Of a stretch of DNA of 46,330 nt, positions 1-9,499 are shown one piece after another. A model generated the notes under the pieces. That model saw only the letters and a program-made list of their open reading frames with translations, was not told the DNA's origin and made no database searches. The translations under genes and the position numbers were made by a program. How positions within the stretch are numbered: the first letter of the stretch is position 1; every line of letters begins with the position of its first letter. The DNA comes from Candidatus Hermodarchaeota archaeon (GTDB taxonomy: Archaea; Asgardarchaeota; Hermodarchaeia; Hermodarchaeales; Hermodarchaeaceae). Location: assembly GCA_016839805.1 (NCBI GenBank), contig JAEOTO010000019.1:1-46330 (forward strand), read 5' to 3'.

Positions 1-34
1 TATTCAAGTACCACAATGAAACTCGATTTAACGT

Positions 35-889
35 GTGGGTGCGAAGGTGATTCTCTTAGGCACAGCCGGGTGGAAGTATGATGATTGGGTAGGAAGCTTC
101 TATCCCTCTAAGAAACATCAGTTCACTTACTTTAGTAAGATTTTCAATACCGCTGAGATTAATTCGACCTTCTATCATTTTCCTAGCCGAAAAGTTGTGG
201 CAACCTGGTCCCGTGCTCCTGAGGATTTTATTTTTACAGCGAAAGTTCCCCAAGAGATAACCCATAAGCTTCGATTGGATGTGACCGCAGGGGCAGATCA
301 GCGGATGCACGAGTATCTACAATTGATGTCTCCGCTTCGTGAAGCGCGACGATTGGGACCGCTCCTCCTCCAACTTCCGCCCTCATTTGATTACACTCAT
401 TTAGGTATCCTCGAAGCGTTTTTACAAACACTTCCAAGCGATTGGGAGTTTGCAGTGGAATTCCGTCATCTATCTTGGATGCAGGATGAGACCTTCTCAC
501 TGTTACAGCGCCATCAGGTCGCATACTGCATTGTCGATGAACCTCTTCTGCCTCCTCGGATTGAAGTGACCGCTCCTTTTTCGTATATTCGGTGGCATGG
601 TCATGGCAAGAAGCTGTGGTACTATTACTTGTACAGCCAGGAAGAATTACAAGAATGGGTGCCAAAAGTCGAAGATATCGTTGAACGCACCCCTAAGAAC
701 GTCTACGGTTATTTCAATAATCACTGGTATGGATTTGCTGCCCGGAATTGTATTGACATGATGGAATTGTTAGGAATGAACCATCGAATGCCTAAGCATG
801 TTCGAGATCGAGTCACTCGGGTGACAGATCAGCGTATCAAAAAGAAGTCGACCCAACAAACATCCTTAAGCCAATTTTCTGAGGATTGA
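35..889 (+). CDS. DUF72 (YecE-like) TIM-barrel protein with C-terminal PIP-box-like motif
   Basis: GTAGWKYDDW, EINSTFY, LLQLPPSF, EFRHLSW, YIRWHG and YFNNH are DUF72 motifs; the C-terminus reads QQTSLSQF. Start may be GTG 35 or 47. Confidence 0.9.
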   Translation: MGAKVILLGTAGWKYDDWVGSFYPSKKHQFTYFSKIFNTAEINSTFYHFPSRKVVATWSRAPEDFIFTAKVPQEITHKLRLDVTAGADQRMHEYLQLMSPLREARRLGPLLLQLPPSFDYTHLGILEAFLQTLPSDWEFAVEFRHLSWMQDETFSLLQRHQVAYCIVDEPLLPPRIEVTAPFSYIRWHGHGKKLWYYYLYSQEELQEWVPKVEDIVERTPKNVYGYFNNHWYGFAARNCIDMMELLGMNHRMPKHVRDRVTRVTDQRIKKKSTQQTSLSQFSED

Positions 890-1014
890 AAGTAAGTACA
901 TACGTCGAGAAAAATCTGATGCTTTTCGATTAAGACTTCCAAACTAGGAAACCTTTCCCTTTTTATCTGGAAGCGACATTATGGTTAGCTATTCTTGAGT
1001 TGGGTGCAATCCTT

Positions 1015-2019
1015 ATGCCTTCAAAATTACGATTTGCCGTTGAGTTTGTGCCACAAGAAGCCTACTGGCAAACTACTGCCCTGGGTATTCTCGCTGAGAA
1101 ATATGGCTTTGACTTTTGCTGGATCACTGATCACTTCAACAATCGGAGCGTTTATGTGATTCTCAGCCTTCTAGCCAATTATACTGACAAAATTATGATT
1201 GGTCCAGGTGTTACCAATCCCTATCTGATTAATCCCGTTCAAACAGCGTCCACGCTTATGTCACTTGACAACCTTTCAGGCGGTCGAGCCATACTAGGAA
1301 TTGGTGCAGGGGATAAAATCACTTTGAATCTCCTAGGCATTGAAAGGAAAAAACCATTGACGGCTGTAAAAGAAAGTGTGAAAATATTTCGATCAATTTT
1401 TGATTCAGGGAAAATCAAAGGATTTGAGGGGAAAGTGTTCACCGTAGAGAAAGCAAAAGTCGCTTTTGAGAAATCCGGAGACCTTCCCATCTATATTGGT
1501 GCACAGGGTCCCAAAATGCTCCAACTCGCAGGCTCAATGGGACAAGGCGTTCTCGTTAATGCCTCCCACCCAATTGATTTTGATTTCGCTCTCAAACAAA
1601 TTAGAAAGGGCGTAAAAGAAGCTAACCGCAAAATTTCTGACATAGATGTCTCCGCCTATGCCAGCGTGTCAGTAGCACGGAAAATCGAAAAGGCCACCAA
1701 AGCTGCTACTCCCGTAGTTGCTTTCATCGTAGCCGGTTCACCTCCCGTTGTATTAAAAAGACACAATATTCAAACTGATAGTGTAACACCCATTGCTGAA
1801 GGCTTGGCAAAGGGTGATTTTCCAACCGCTTTTGGGGCTGTTACCAACGAGATGTTAGATGCTTTCTGCATACGAGGCACACCAGCGGAATGCACAGAGA
1901 AAATTGCAGCCTTACACAAAACAGGTATAACGCAATTTGTCTTCGGATCGCCCATTGGACCTAAAAAACGAGAAGCTATGGAATTGGCTAGCAAGGAAAT
2001 CCTTCCTCACTTTGCATAA
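1015..2019 (+). CDS. mer: F420-dependent 5,10-methylene-H4MPT reductase
   Basis: WITDHFNNR, GPGVTNPY, GIGAGD, IYIGAQGPKML, VLVNAS and QFVFGSPIGP match Mer. ATG at 1015 is preferred over TTG at 1000. Confidence 0.9.
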   Translation: MPSKLRFAVEFVPQEAYWQTTALGILAEKYGFDFCWITDHFNNRSVYVILSLLANYTDKIMIGPGVTNPYLINPVQTASTLMSLDNLSGGRAILGIGAGDKITLNLLGIERKKPLTAVKESVKIFRSIFDSGKIKGFEGKVFTVEKAKVAFEKSGDLPIYIGAQGPKMLQLAGSMGQGVLVNASHPIDFDFALKQIRKGVKEANRKISDIDVSAYASVSVARKIEKATKAATPVVAFIVAGSPPVVLKRHNIQTDSVTPIAEGLAKGDFPTAFGAVTNEMLDAFCIRGTPAECTEKIAALHKTGITQFVFGSPIGPKKREAMELASKEILPHFA

Positions 2020-2082
2020 GTTGAATTCTCAGATCTTATTAACACTTAATATGAAGAATTACATTCTGGAACTGATTTGAAT

Positions 2083-2331
2083 CTATAGATCTTGTTCAGC
2101 GTAAGCTTGCCAAGAAAGTGTAGGTGTATCGCCGGTAGCAGAGAGCGCTAATGACGCAACTTTTTTACGAGATTGGCGGCCTTCAATCAGAGTTTCCATA
2201 AATACCGTTAGGTAATGGATGTCTTGGTCATTTGCATCTTTGCGAGTTTCAATCACCTTGACGAGTCTGAAGGCATGATCGGGTAGTCCAGGTACCCTAC
2301 TGGTCTGCGATGTGATTTGTGGCGGATTCAT
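2083..2331 (-). CDS. Small hypothetical protein (82 aa)
   Basis: ATG start with upstream AGAGG and an AT-rich TATA-like region; fills an otherwise empty gap. Confidence 0.55.
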   Translation of the reverse strand: MNPPQITSQTSRVPGLPDHAFRLVKVIETRKDANDQDIHYLTVFMETLIEGRQSRKKVASLALSATGDTPTLSWQAYAEQDL

Positions 2332-2509
2332 ACAAAAAGCCTCTAATATATATTTAATACCATATTACATATATAGATTGGGGCAATACCGCAAATACAC
2401 TTACACTCAAACCAAATAATAATTATTATTATAAAAGATATATACCCTTTTTATTCCGACCTATACAAAAATCGGTGCATGTCGAACACCAGGTAGTCTA
2501 ATACTACTC

Positions 2510-3100
2510 CTACAATTTCGCTGCAGACAATAATCGCAAGGTTGCCAATGAACCCAGGTGGGCAAGGGCTTCAGCGTCCAAATAAGATCCAGCAGTACTG
2601 TCCAGATATACCTTAACTTGAGGTGGGAATTCATCATCGGCTTTCCAGAGAGCATAAGTCAGTGGTACCCGCGGAAGTGTGGGGATGGCGTAAGCAATGT
2701 CACCAAGCTTCGTAGCCGTTCCCTGGAGGTGTTCTGCGGCTTTTTTAAAGAAATCAGGATTGGGTCCGAGGTGTTTTTCGATGGGGTTAACGACACGCCC
2801 CTCAAAAACAGGGAAATAAACACGTCCCCCGGAGATATGTTTGTAGGTGATGAGTTCACCTGTTAGAGGGATGTCCTTTGCTTCAGCATAACGGTTTAGA
2901 AGAAAGAAAATATGTTCAATCTTTGGATCGAAGGGTTGCCCAATAGCCACATCAGTGACAGAACCATCCTTAAGATTGACTTCGAGACCAAGAAACCGGA
3001 GTGTCGAGCCTTTGGGGAACCCTAACCGACCTGGAAGCGTCAAGATTTTTGTCTTGCTTTTTTTCCAGGTCCATCGGTCCCAGGATTCAGAAGTCTGCAT
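2510..3100 (-). CDS. DUF3786 domain protein
   Basis: LTGELITYKHISGG..YF..F, LPRVPLTYALWKADDEFPP and LDAE are DUF3786-like motifs. Confidence 0.8.
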   Translation of the reverse strand: MQTSESWDRWTWKKSKTKILTLPGRLGFPKGSTLRFLGLEVNLKDGSVTDVAIGQPFDPKIEHIFFLLNRYAEAKDIPLTGELITYKHISGGRVYFPVFEGRVVNPIEKHLGPNPDFFKKAAEHLQGTATKLGDIAYAIPTLPRVPLTYALWKADDEFPPQVKVYLDSTAGSYLDAEALAHLGSLATLRLLSAAKL

Positions 3101-3270
3101 GATTTATCACCTAGAAGCCAACTAAGCCAGATTATTTGTTGGGTGAAGCATTGTTATATGTTTAGTGGATTTTTTGATGGGATTTTCGCAATGAAAATTG
3201 CTATTTTTTACGCGTGCCCGATATTTTTAAGGGGACTGTTGGCGCGATAGTAGTCTATCTGAGGTTCGAG

Positions 3271-3666
3271 ATGGCTGATGAGATGGCGAGAACGACAGTC
3301 CACGATGCAAATCACGAAAAAATCCTTCGTGAAGTAATTGCGGAACTTGAACAGCATCGTGATGTAAAAGGATGGGCTGTAATAAGCCAAGAGGGGTTGC
3401 TAATTGAGCACAGGATGCCATCAACTGTGAACCCACATCTACTCGCTGGAAATGCTGCAGCCCTTGCCCATTCAGCTCAAGTTGTTATTAGTCAAACTGA
3501 CTCTGGACCCATGAAAATCATCCATCTTGACGGAGAACGGAATTTCATAATTTTAGTTGGTGGCGAATTCCAAATCATTTTTCTCGTAATGGCCAAGCAA
3601 GGAACGGATCTCCAGCCACTCGGAGAATTTCTTGCTACTGCGGCTAACAAATTCCAGTCGCAGTAA
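3271..3666 (+). CDS. Roadblock/LC7 (MglB-like) domain protein
   Basis: L..L....DVKGWAVISQEGLLI...MP......LAGNAAAL pattern, about 130 aa; ATG at 3271 follows GAGG. Confidence 0.85.
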   Translation: MADEMARTTVHDANHEKILREVIAELEQHRDVKGWAVISQEGLLIEHRMPSTVNPHLLAGNAAALAHSAQVVISQTDSGPMKIIHLDGERNFIILVGGEFQIIFLVMAKQGTDLQPLGEFLATAANKFQSQ

Positions 3667-3676
3667 TCGATTGCAG

Positions 3677-4192
3677 CTATTCTTTTTCTACAAAATCAAT
3701 CTCAATACCTGATTCTTTGAGCATTTCTATGCCATCTTCGTCCGGGTATTGACACTTGACAACGACGCGCGCTATTCCAGCATTTATCAGCATCTTCGCA
3801 CAAATGGTACAGGGTGAATGAGTGACATACAGCGTCGCATCTCGACTGCTTACACCATGCAGAGCACATTGAATGATGGCGTTTTGTTCAGCATGAACCC
3901 CACGACAGAGCTCGTGACGTTCACCCGGTTTTACCCCTGTTTTTAACCGCAGACAGGTTTCTGTGGTGCAATGCTCCATATTCGCAGGAGCGCCGTTATA
4001 CCCAGTTGATAGAATATGCTTATCGCGGACTAAAACGGCGCCTACCTGACGTCGAACACAGGTGGATCGAGTGGCAGCTAACTCGGCAAACCGAATGAAA
4101 TACTCTTCAATTGTCGGTCGCTTCCTCACTAGCCCTGATTGTGTTTTTGAAGGGACCAAACCGTCATTTTGAGGGTCAGTGGATTTTGGCAT
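3677..4192 (-). CDS. dCMP deaminase (ComEB family)
   Basis: RSTCVRRQVGAV, TGYNG, HAEQNA and PCTIC zinc-deaminase motifs. Confidence 0.92.
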   Translation of the reverse strand: MPKSTDPQNDGLVPSKTQSGLVRKRPTIEEYFIRFAELAATRSTCVRRQVGAVLVRDKHILSTGYNGAPANMEHCTTETCLRLKTGVKPGERHELCRGVHAEQNAIIQCALHGVSSRDATLYVTHSPCTICAKMLINAGIARVVVKCQYPDEDGIEMLKESGIEIDFVEKE

Positions 4193-4231
4193 TGTGGTAG
4201 AGTCCTAATAGCGTGCTTCCCTTTATTGTCG

Positions 4232-5902
4232 TTACCCAATCGCATGTTTTCGTTTTAGAATTGCATCAATGAAGGCAAGATATAGCGGATTGGGTTGATC
4301 AGGACGCGATGTGTATTCTGGATGGAACTGTGTGCCTACCACCCAATAGCGATTAGTAAGTTCGATGGCATTGATAATCTTGCCCGACAAATCAGTCGCT
4401 GAGACTATGAGACCTTCTTTTTCGGCCTTTTTCGCAGGTTCCCACATAAGATGATAACGGTGACGGAATCGCTCACGAATCTTTGATTTCTTATAGATTG
4501 TACGGAGTTTCGTCTTGGGAAGAACTTTAATGGGATGTCCAGCGAGACGCATAGTTCCTCCTTTTTCTTCAATTTCTCGTTGTTCGGGGAGTAAGTCGAC
4601 AACCGGGTAGGGGGTTTTAGGATCTATCTCCGTACTATTCGCCTTTTTCATTCCTAGCCCATATCGGCATAGGGCTACGAATAATAGCTGTGCCCCGAAA
4701 CATATACCCAGATAAGGAATATCTTCTTCCAGCGCAATCCATGCTGACCGAATCATTCCCTCGGTTCCCCGCGTTCCAAATCCGGGTGTAAGAAGAATAC
4801 CGTCATATTGGATGAGCTGATCCTTTGCATCATTACTTTGCTCTAGTTGTTCGGCGTCAACCATTTCAATCGTTGTCGCAGCACCCAAATGCGCCCCAGC
4901 GTGTCTTAATGATTCATAAATACTCACATAGGTATCCGCCATGGCCACATATTTCCCAGGCATGGCAATCCGTATATGTTCAGTTGGGTGGAGGAATCGA
5001 TTCACAACCTCCTGCCAATCTGTCATGCCTGTTGGTGGGTGAGCTATCATTTCTAATCGTTGAAGAATAAACGCATCAAGTCCTTGTTCATAGAACTTCA
5101 AGGGTAATTCGTAGATTTCCTTCAAATCCGGATTTGATATCACAGCTTCCGGCCGCACGTTGCTATACAGAGCGATTTTTCGACGGCTCTCCTCTGTTAA
5201 AGAATTCTCACTTCGTGCAATGATGATATCTGGTTGAAGCCCCCTGGACAGTAACTGTTTAACAGAATGCTGTGTGGGTTTAGTTTTCATCTCCCCTACT
5301 GTTGCTAATAAAGGAACCAAAGTAACATGAACTAATAACGTGTTTCCTGACCCATGTTCGAGCCTGAATTGTCGAATGGCTTCGAGAAATGGGTCAGCCT
5401 CAATATCACCAACTGTGCCTCCTATTTCAACCATTATTACATCGAGCTTGTTCCTTTCCCGTTTTCCAGCTTTAGCAATCTCAACTAACCTGCGTTTAAT
5501 CTCATCCGTGATATGAGGAATAATTTGAACGGTTTTTCCTAAGAACTTCCCAAGTCGTTCCTGCAAAATGACACTCAAATAAACTTGTCCGGAAGTGATG
5601 TTATTTCGAGGATGTATCGCCCGACCGATAAACCGCTCATAAGTGCCAAAATCTTGGTCCACCTCTGCAGTGGTATAACTGAAACTTGGAGCTGGATTGA
5701 ATTCAAAAATCTGATCAGTGATGAAGGGTTCCCCATGCTCAACTGGGTTCAACGTCCCTGGATCCACATTCAAATATGGATCAATTTTCACCAAATCGAC
5801 CCCATAGCCTCGAAACTGTAAGAGTTTAGCAATACTTGCGGTGGTGTGACCTTTCCCAATACCTGATAACACACCGCCGGTCACAAAAATGAACTTAGGC
5901 AT
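4232..5902 (-). CDS. pyrG: CTP synthase
   Basis: FVTGGVLSGIGKG, KIDPYLNVDPGT, GGTVGDIE, KTKPTQHSV; GATase domain with GICFG and QFHPE. Confidence 0.96.
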   Translation of the reverse strand: MPKFIFVTGGVLSGIGKGHTTASIAKLLQFRGYGVDLVKIDPYLNVDPGTLNPVEHGEPFITDQIFEFNPAPSFSYTTAEVDQDFGTYERFIGRAIHPRNNITSGQVYLSVILQERLGKFLGKTVQIIPHITDEIKRRLVEIAKAGKRERNKLDVIMVEIGGTVGDIEADPFLEAIRQFRLEHGSGNTLLVHVTLVPLLATVGEMKTKPTQHSVKQLLSRGLQPDIIIARSENSLTEESRRKIALYSNVRPEAVISNPDLKEIYELPLKFYEQGLDAFILQRLEMIAHPPTGMTDWQEVVNRFLHPTEHIRIAMPGKYVAMADTYVSIYESLRHAGAHLGAATTIEMVDAEQLEQSNDAKDQLIQYDGILLTPGFGTRGTEGMIRSAWIALEEDIPYLGICFGAQLLFVALCRYGLGMKKANSTEIDPKTPYPVVDLLPEQREIEEKGGTMRLAGHPIKVLPKTKLRTIYKKSKIRERFRHRYHLMWEPAKKAEKEGLIVSATDLSGKIINAIELTNRYWVVGTQFHPEYTSRPDQPNPLYLAFIDAILKRKHAIG

Positions 5903-6009
5903 ATTTCCTCTTTGACTAACCGATACATAAGCCTAGCGGTAACACTGTCTTTGTTCTTATGGCTATTCATTGGTTCGCTTGAATCGCCTTTTTTTGACAG
6001 CCATTAAGT

Positions 6010-6037
6010 TTAAATAGATGTACCTATCGATATACAT
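6010..6037 (+). promoter_or_regulatory. TATA box (TTTAAATA) followed by a putative PadR operator ATGTA-N10-TACAT
   Basis: Palindrome ATGTACCTATCGATATACAT at 6018-6037 directly follows the TATA-like element. ATGT...ACAT half-sites are typical of PadR-family operators. Confidence 0.5.
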
Positions 6038-6145
6038 AGCGTGGCAAGGTATAACGGTTAACGAGATTATGTATCTCACAAGGCACATGGTCTCGCACAC
6101 CGAAACCTGCCACTGATACAACCGCTCTCAGGCGGAGAACACACA

Positions 6146-6622
6146 ATGCCTAAACAGAAACCTCTTGAATCATGGGAAAGCGACGTTCGCCGGGGTCTCC
6201 TCAGACTCCTTGTCCTCGCCGTCATCAAGGAATCCAAGTCGACCTTTGGCTACGAGATTGCCCAAAGTATCAAAAAACGCACCGCTGAACGACTTATCGT
6301 ACAAGATGGCACCCTCTATCCGTTACTCCGCCGTCTGGAAGACCAAAAAATGGTCCGCAGCACCTGGAACGTGGCTGGTGAACGGCCACGGAAATACTAC
6401 CAGCTTACGGCAGCTGGTGAAAAAGACCTCTTAGCAATGCTAGAGTTCTGGAACGATCTGGTACTCTCTTTAGATCCCCTCTTCCGCAGTATAGTGGTAG
6501 GGCGTGAAGCGAACGGTGATTACCAAGAACAAATCCAGTTCTGTACGAGTTGCGGGAACCAAGTCTTTCCTGGAGCTATCTATTGTGCGAACTGCGGAGC
6601 GGAATTAACAGAAAGTGAATAA
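6146..6622 (+). CDS. PadR-family transcriptional regulator with C-terminal zinc ribbon
   Basis: FGYEI, GTLYPLLRRLE and RPRKYYQLT..G; C-terminal FCTSCG...AIYCANCG. Confidence 0.93.
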   Translation: MPKQKPLESWESDVRRGLLRLLVLAVIKESKSTFGYEIAQSIKKRTAERLIVQDGTLYPLLRRLEDQKMVRSTWNVAGERPRKYYQLTAAGEKDLLAMLEFWNDLVLSLDPLFRSIVVGREANGDYQEQIQFCTSCGNQVFPGAIYCANCGAELTESE

Positions 6623-6625
6623 AAA

Positions 6626-7786
6626 ATGTCTAAAGAATATGGAACTAACGACGAATATTCAGGTGATGGGAATCCTCAACCGACACCTAAACCAGGTGAT
6701 GAGGCTTCAGCTCGAAAAATCATTGCAGACTACCTTGATCAAGTGAAAGCCCGGTTACCTCGCGAAGTTGCAGCGGAGGTAATTCCTGAACTCCGATCAC
6801 ACCTCATGGAACAAGCGAGTCAGCCCAGCGGACAATTAAACAGTGCTGGCGCATGGGACGCCGTAGTTGCTATGGGTAGCCCCGATATTGTGGCTCGGGA
6901 GTTCCGACGAGAAAGTGAAACTCACGACATTGATAGAGCTCAGAGTTTCCTTGAAGCCCTCACTCCAAGAAATCGTCAGATTTTCTGGTGGGTTATCGTA
7001 GGAATCGTCATCGCTGACCTTGTGCTAATTGCATACATCGTATCAGTTGTATTAATCAATATTACAACAACTCCATGGCAAGTCTTTGGTCCCTGGATCT
7101 TGACGGGAGTTGTAGCGCAAGTCTGGGTGTTTATGGGAATTGCCATATCTTACCTGGTATTGTTACTCTTATCCCATCCTGAAGGTGCCCCGTTAATGGA
7201 ACTCCTGCGAAATATCTTCGAGGAGTCCAAAGAGAAAGAAGACCGCATTCCTCGAACCCAACGTCGGGTTCAAAAACGCGTGAAGAAATTCAACGAGCTT
7301 ACCGGTCGAACCCACCTCATGGGACAAATGATCGGTCACATCGTTGGAATCACAGTTGCAATTGTCTTTGCAGTTATGTTACCAATTTTGGTACCTACAT
7401 ATCCAATCTTTGATATCCAAGTGCTTTACTGGCTTGCCATCATTGGACTGACCCATGCAGGCCTAACAGCAATTCGAATCCTTGTCGGAGACAGCTCACT
7501 CGCGGCTGCAAGACTGCTAGCGTCAATCAATGTCCTCTACGGAATCGTTGGATTGTGGATGGTCACCATGTTCTTCTATGGGCCACTATCCTTCCCCATT
7601 CCATTCTGGAATGCAGGGCAATGGTTCCTGCTTCACTGGAAACCTTATGTAATGTTCTTTGCATGGCTTGCCCCGCTATTGATCCTCCTCATTATCGTTG
7701 GTATGACCATCCAACTCATCCAAGTCAACGTCTATATCCAACCGCTTTACAATGGCTATACTATTACTACCGAAGATCTAGCTTAA
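6626..7786 (+). CDS. Multi-pass membrane protein with N-terminal HAAS/DUF1700-like helical domain
   Basis: IADYLDQVKARLP...ELRSHL...MGSPDIVAREF followed by about six TM helices; starts 3 nt after padR. Confidence 0.75.
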   Translation: MSKEYGTNDEYSGDGNPQPTPKPGDEASARKIIADYLDQVKARLPREVAAEVIPELRSHLMEQASQPSGQLNSAGAWDAVVAMGSPDIVAREFRRESETHDIDRAQSFLEALTPRNRQIFWWVIVGIVIADLVLIAYIVSVVLINITTTPWQVFGPWILTGVVAQVWVFMGIAISYLVLLLLSHPEGAPLMELLRNIFEESKEKEDRIPRTQRRVQKRVKKFNELTGRTHLMGQMIGHIVGITVAIVFAVMLPILVPTYPIFDIQVLYWLAIIGLTHAGLTAIRILVGDSSLAAARLLASINVLYGIVGLWMVTMFFYGPLSFPIPFWNAGQWFLLHWKPYVMFFAWLAPLLILLIIVGMTIQLIQVNVYIQPLYNGYTITTEDLA

Positions 7787-7805
7787 ACATCCCATATCTT
7801 CCCTC

Positions 7806-7851
7806 GGGGTAGTACATGGTGGATTGTGCTACCCCTTCTTCTCTTTTTTTT
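7806..7851 (+). terminator. Hairpin plus T-tract terminator after the padR-HAAS operon
   Basis: GGGGTAGTACA / TGTGCTACCCC stem followed by TTCTTCTCTTTTTTTT. Confidence 0.7.
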
Positions 7852-7908
7852 CTCACAAACCTTATCAGCAGCTGAGTGTATTCGTGCCTTATAGCTGAGG
7901 GTTTCAAC

Positions 7909-8424
7909 ATGAGTTCTCGGATAGCGGTCAATATTCGTGAGTATGATGTAAAGGATTTCGTGGTTTTATGTCACTTAGTAGCTGACTTTTTCACATTTCA
8001 CCGTCGACTCCAAGGGCGCGGTCCCCTTCCACCGGAGGAGGCTGCCACGATTATTCCCCGTGACATGATCCGGGAAAGCTCCTATCTTCTTGTTGCGGAA
8101 CCGCAAGAGGGAGGCGACATCATTGGTTTTTGTCGTATTGAAGATCACGAAGGAGCTTTTTTCCTTCGAGAAATCATGGTAGCTGAGAACCAGCGGATTC
8201 GTGGTGTGGGAACAGCTCTGCTCAAGGCAGCGGAGGAGCACATCAAGGCGAAGGGGCGGAGCAATTTGTATCTATCAGTTGTTCCTTACAATATTGATGC
8301 AGTTAGGTTTTTTGTTCGCCGTGGATATAATATTCTTAACACCATCGAATTACGAATGGAAGCACCAGATGAAAAAATCCAACGGAAACCACTTCACTTT
8401 TTGGGTCTTCAGTTTCGGTATTAG
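7909..8424 (+). CDS. GNAT family N-acetyltransferase
   Basis: Motif A V.ENQRIRGVGTALL and motif B N..AVRFF..RGY. Confidence 0.88.
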   Translation: MSSRIAVNIREYDVKDFVVLCHLVADFFTFHRRLQGRGPLPPEEAATIIPRDMIRESSYLLVAEPQEGGDIIGFCRIEDHEGAFFLREIMVAENQRIRGVGTALLKAAEEHIKAKGRSNLYLSVVPYNIDAVRFFVRRGYNILNTIELRMEAPDEKIQRKPLHFLGLQFRY

Positions 8425-8522
8425 CCAAAGCGAAAGTAATGGATTCAATGTAAATGTAAAAACGACACATTTAGAAGTGAAGCCCTTACAAGGGATGCAT
8501 AAATAGGATAACTTTTGGAGAA

Positions 8523-9497
8523 TTGAAGGTCGTGGCACCGAAAAAACCCGCTAAGAACAATTCTGGATTAGCAATAAAGATTGGTTCAATTGAATTAGCG
8601 AATCCAACTATATTAGCTTCAGGAGTACTTGGTGTCGCTGCTGGTGGGTTGATCCGAGCCTGGCAGGGTGGTGCAGCAGCCGTTGTGACAAAGACTGTGG
8701 GAATAGAATCTCGCACAGGACACCCAGGACCGCGTATTGTGGGAATTTACGGTGATAGCCTCATGAATGCTATGGGCATTCCAAATCCTGGCATCCAAGA
8801 GTATCTTCCAGAAATTGAATCAACGATTAAGCATGAAATTCCTGTGATTGGGAGTGCTCTAGGTAATAGTCCTGACGAATTTGCTTCTGTTGCCGAACAA
8901 TTAGCTAAGGCAGGCGTGACTGCGATTGAATTGAATGTATCTTGTCCCCATGTTGGCTCTCTTTATCTGCTTGGCATGGACCCACAGAGTGTCACCGAAG
9001 TAGTAACCGAAGTTGTTCAACGTGTTAAAGGTAAGACACCAGTGTGGGTTAAATTACCAGGCTCGACCGATTATCCATGCCTTGTTAAAGTAGCCCAAGC
9101 TGCTGAAGCTGCTGGGGCATCAGCACTCGTTGCCTTAAACACCCTTCCTGCTCTGGCAATTGACATTGAATCTAGACGACCTCTGCTAGGTGCTGGTATC
9201 GGTGGACTATCAGGTCCAGCTGTAAAACCGATTGCAATCCGTGCAGTGTGGGAATTACATCAAGCTGGGATTGCCATTCCCATAATTGGTGTTGGTGGTA
9301 TCCTTACCGGTTCTGATGTGATTGAATACTTTCTGGCGGGGGCATCAGCTGTTCAAATTGGCACAGGTGTGTTAACTCGTGGATCTACAATTTTTTCTAA
9401 TGTATGTAATGAAATCTCTGATTACCTCAAGGAACATGGGATTAATCAAATTTCTGAGTTAGTAGGACGAATCAACGACGCAGGAGTGAGTTCCTGA
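8523..9497 (+). CDS. pyrD: Dihydroorotate dehydrogenase, catalytic subunit (family 1B)
   Basis: NPTILASG, ELNVSCPH, WVKL, GGLSGPAVKP, IIGVGGI, AGASAVQIGT. Confidence 0.95.
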   Translation: MKVVAPKKPAKNNSGLAIKIGSIELANPTILASGVLGVAAGGLIRAWQGGAAAVVTKTVGIESRTGHPGPRIVGIYGDSLMNAMGIPNPGIQEYLPEIESTIKHEIPVIGSALGNSPDEFASVAEQLAKAGVTAIELNVSCPHVGSLYLLGMDPQSVTEVVTEVVQRVKGKTPVWVKLPGSTDYPCLVKVAQAAEAAGASALVALNTLPALAIDIESRRPLLGAGIGGLSGPAVKPIAIRAVWELHQAGIAIPIIGVGGILTGSDVIEYFLAGASAVQIGTGVLTRGSTIFSNVCNEISDYLKEHGINQISELVGRINDAGVSS

Positions 9498-9499
9498 AG

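Noticed and set aside
2335-2460. Very AT-rich stretch (TATATATTTAA, AATAATAATTATTATT) as a possible origin or repeat
   Set aside because: No ORB boxes, cdc6 gene or regular repeats; explained by promoter and terminator sequence.
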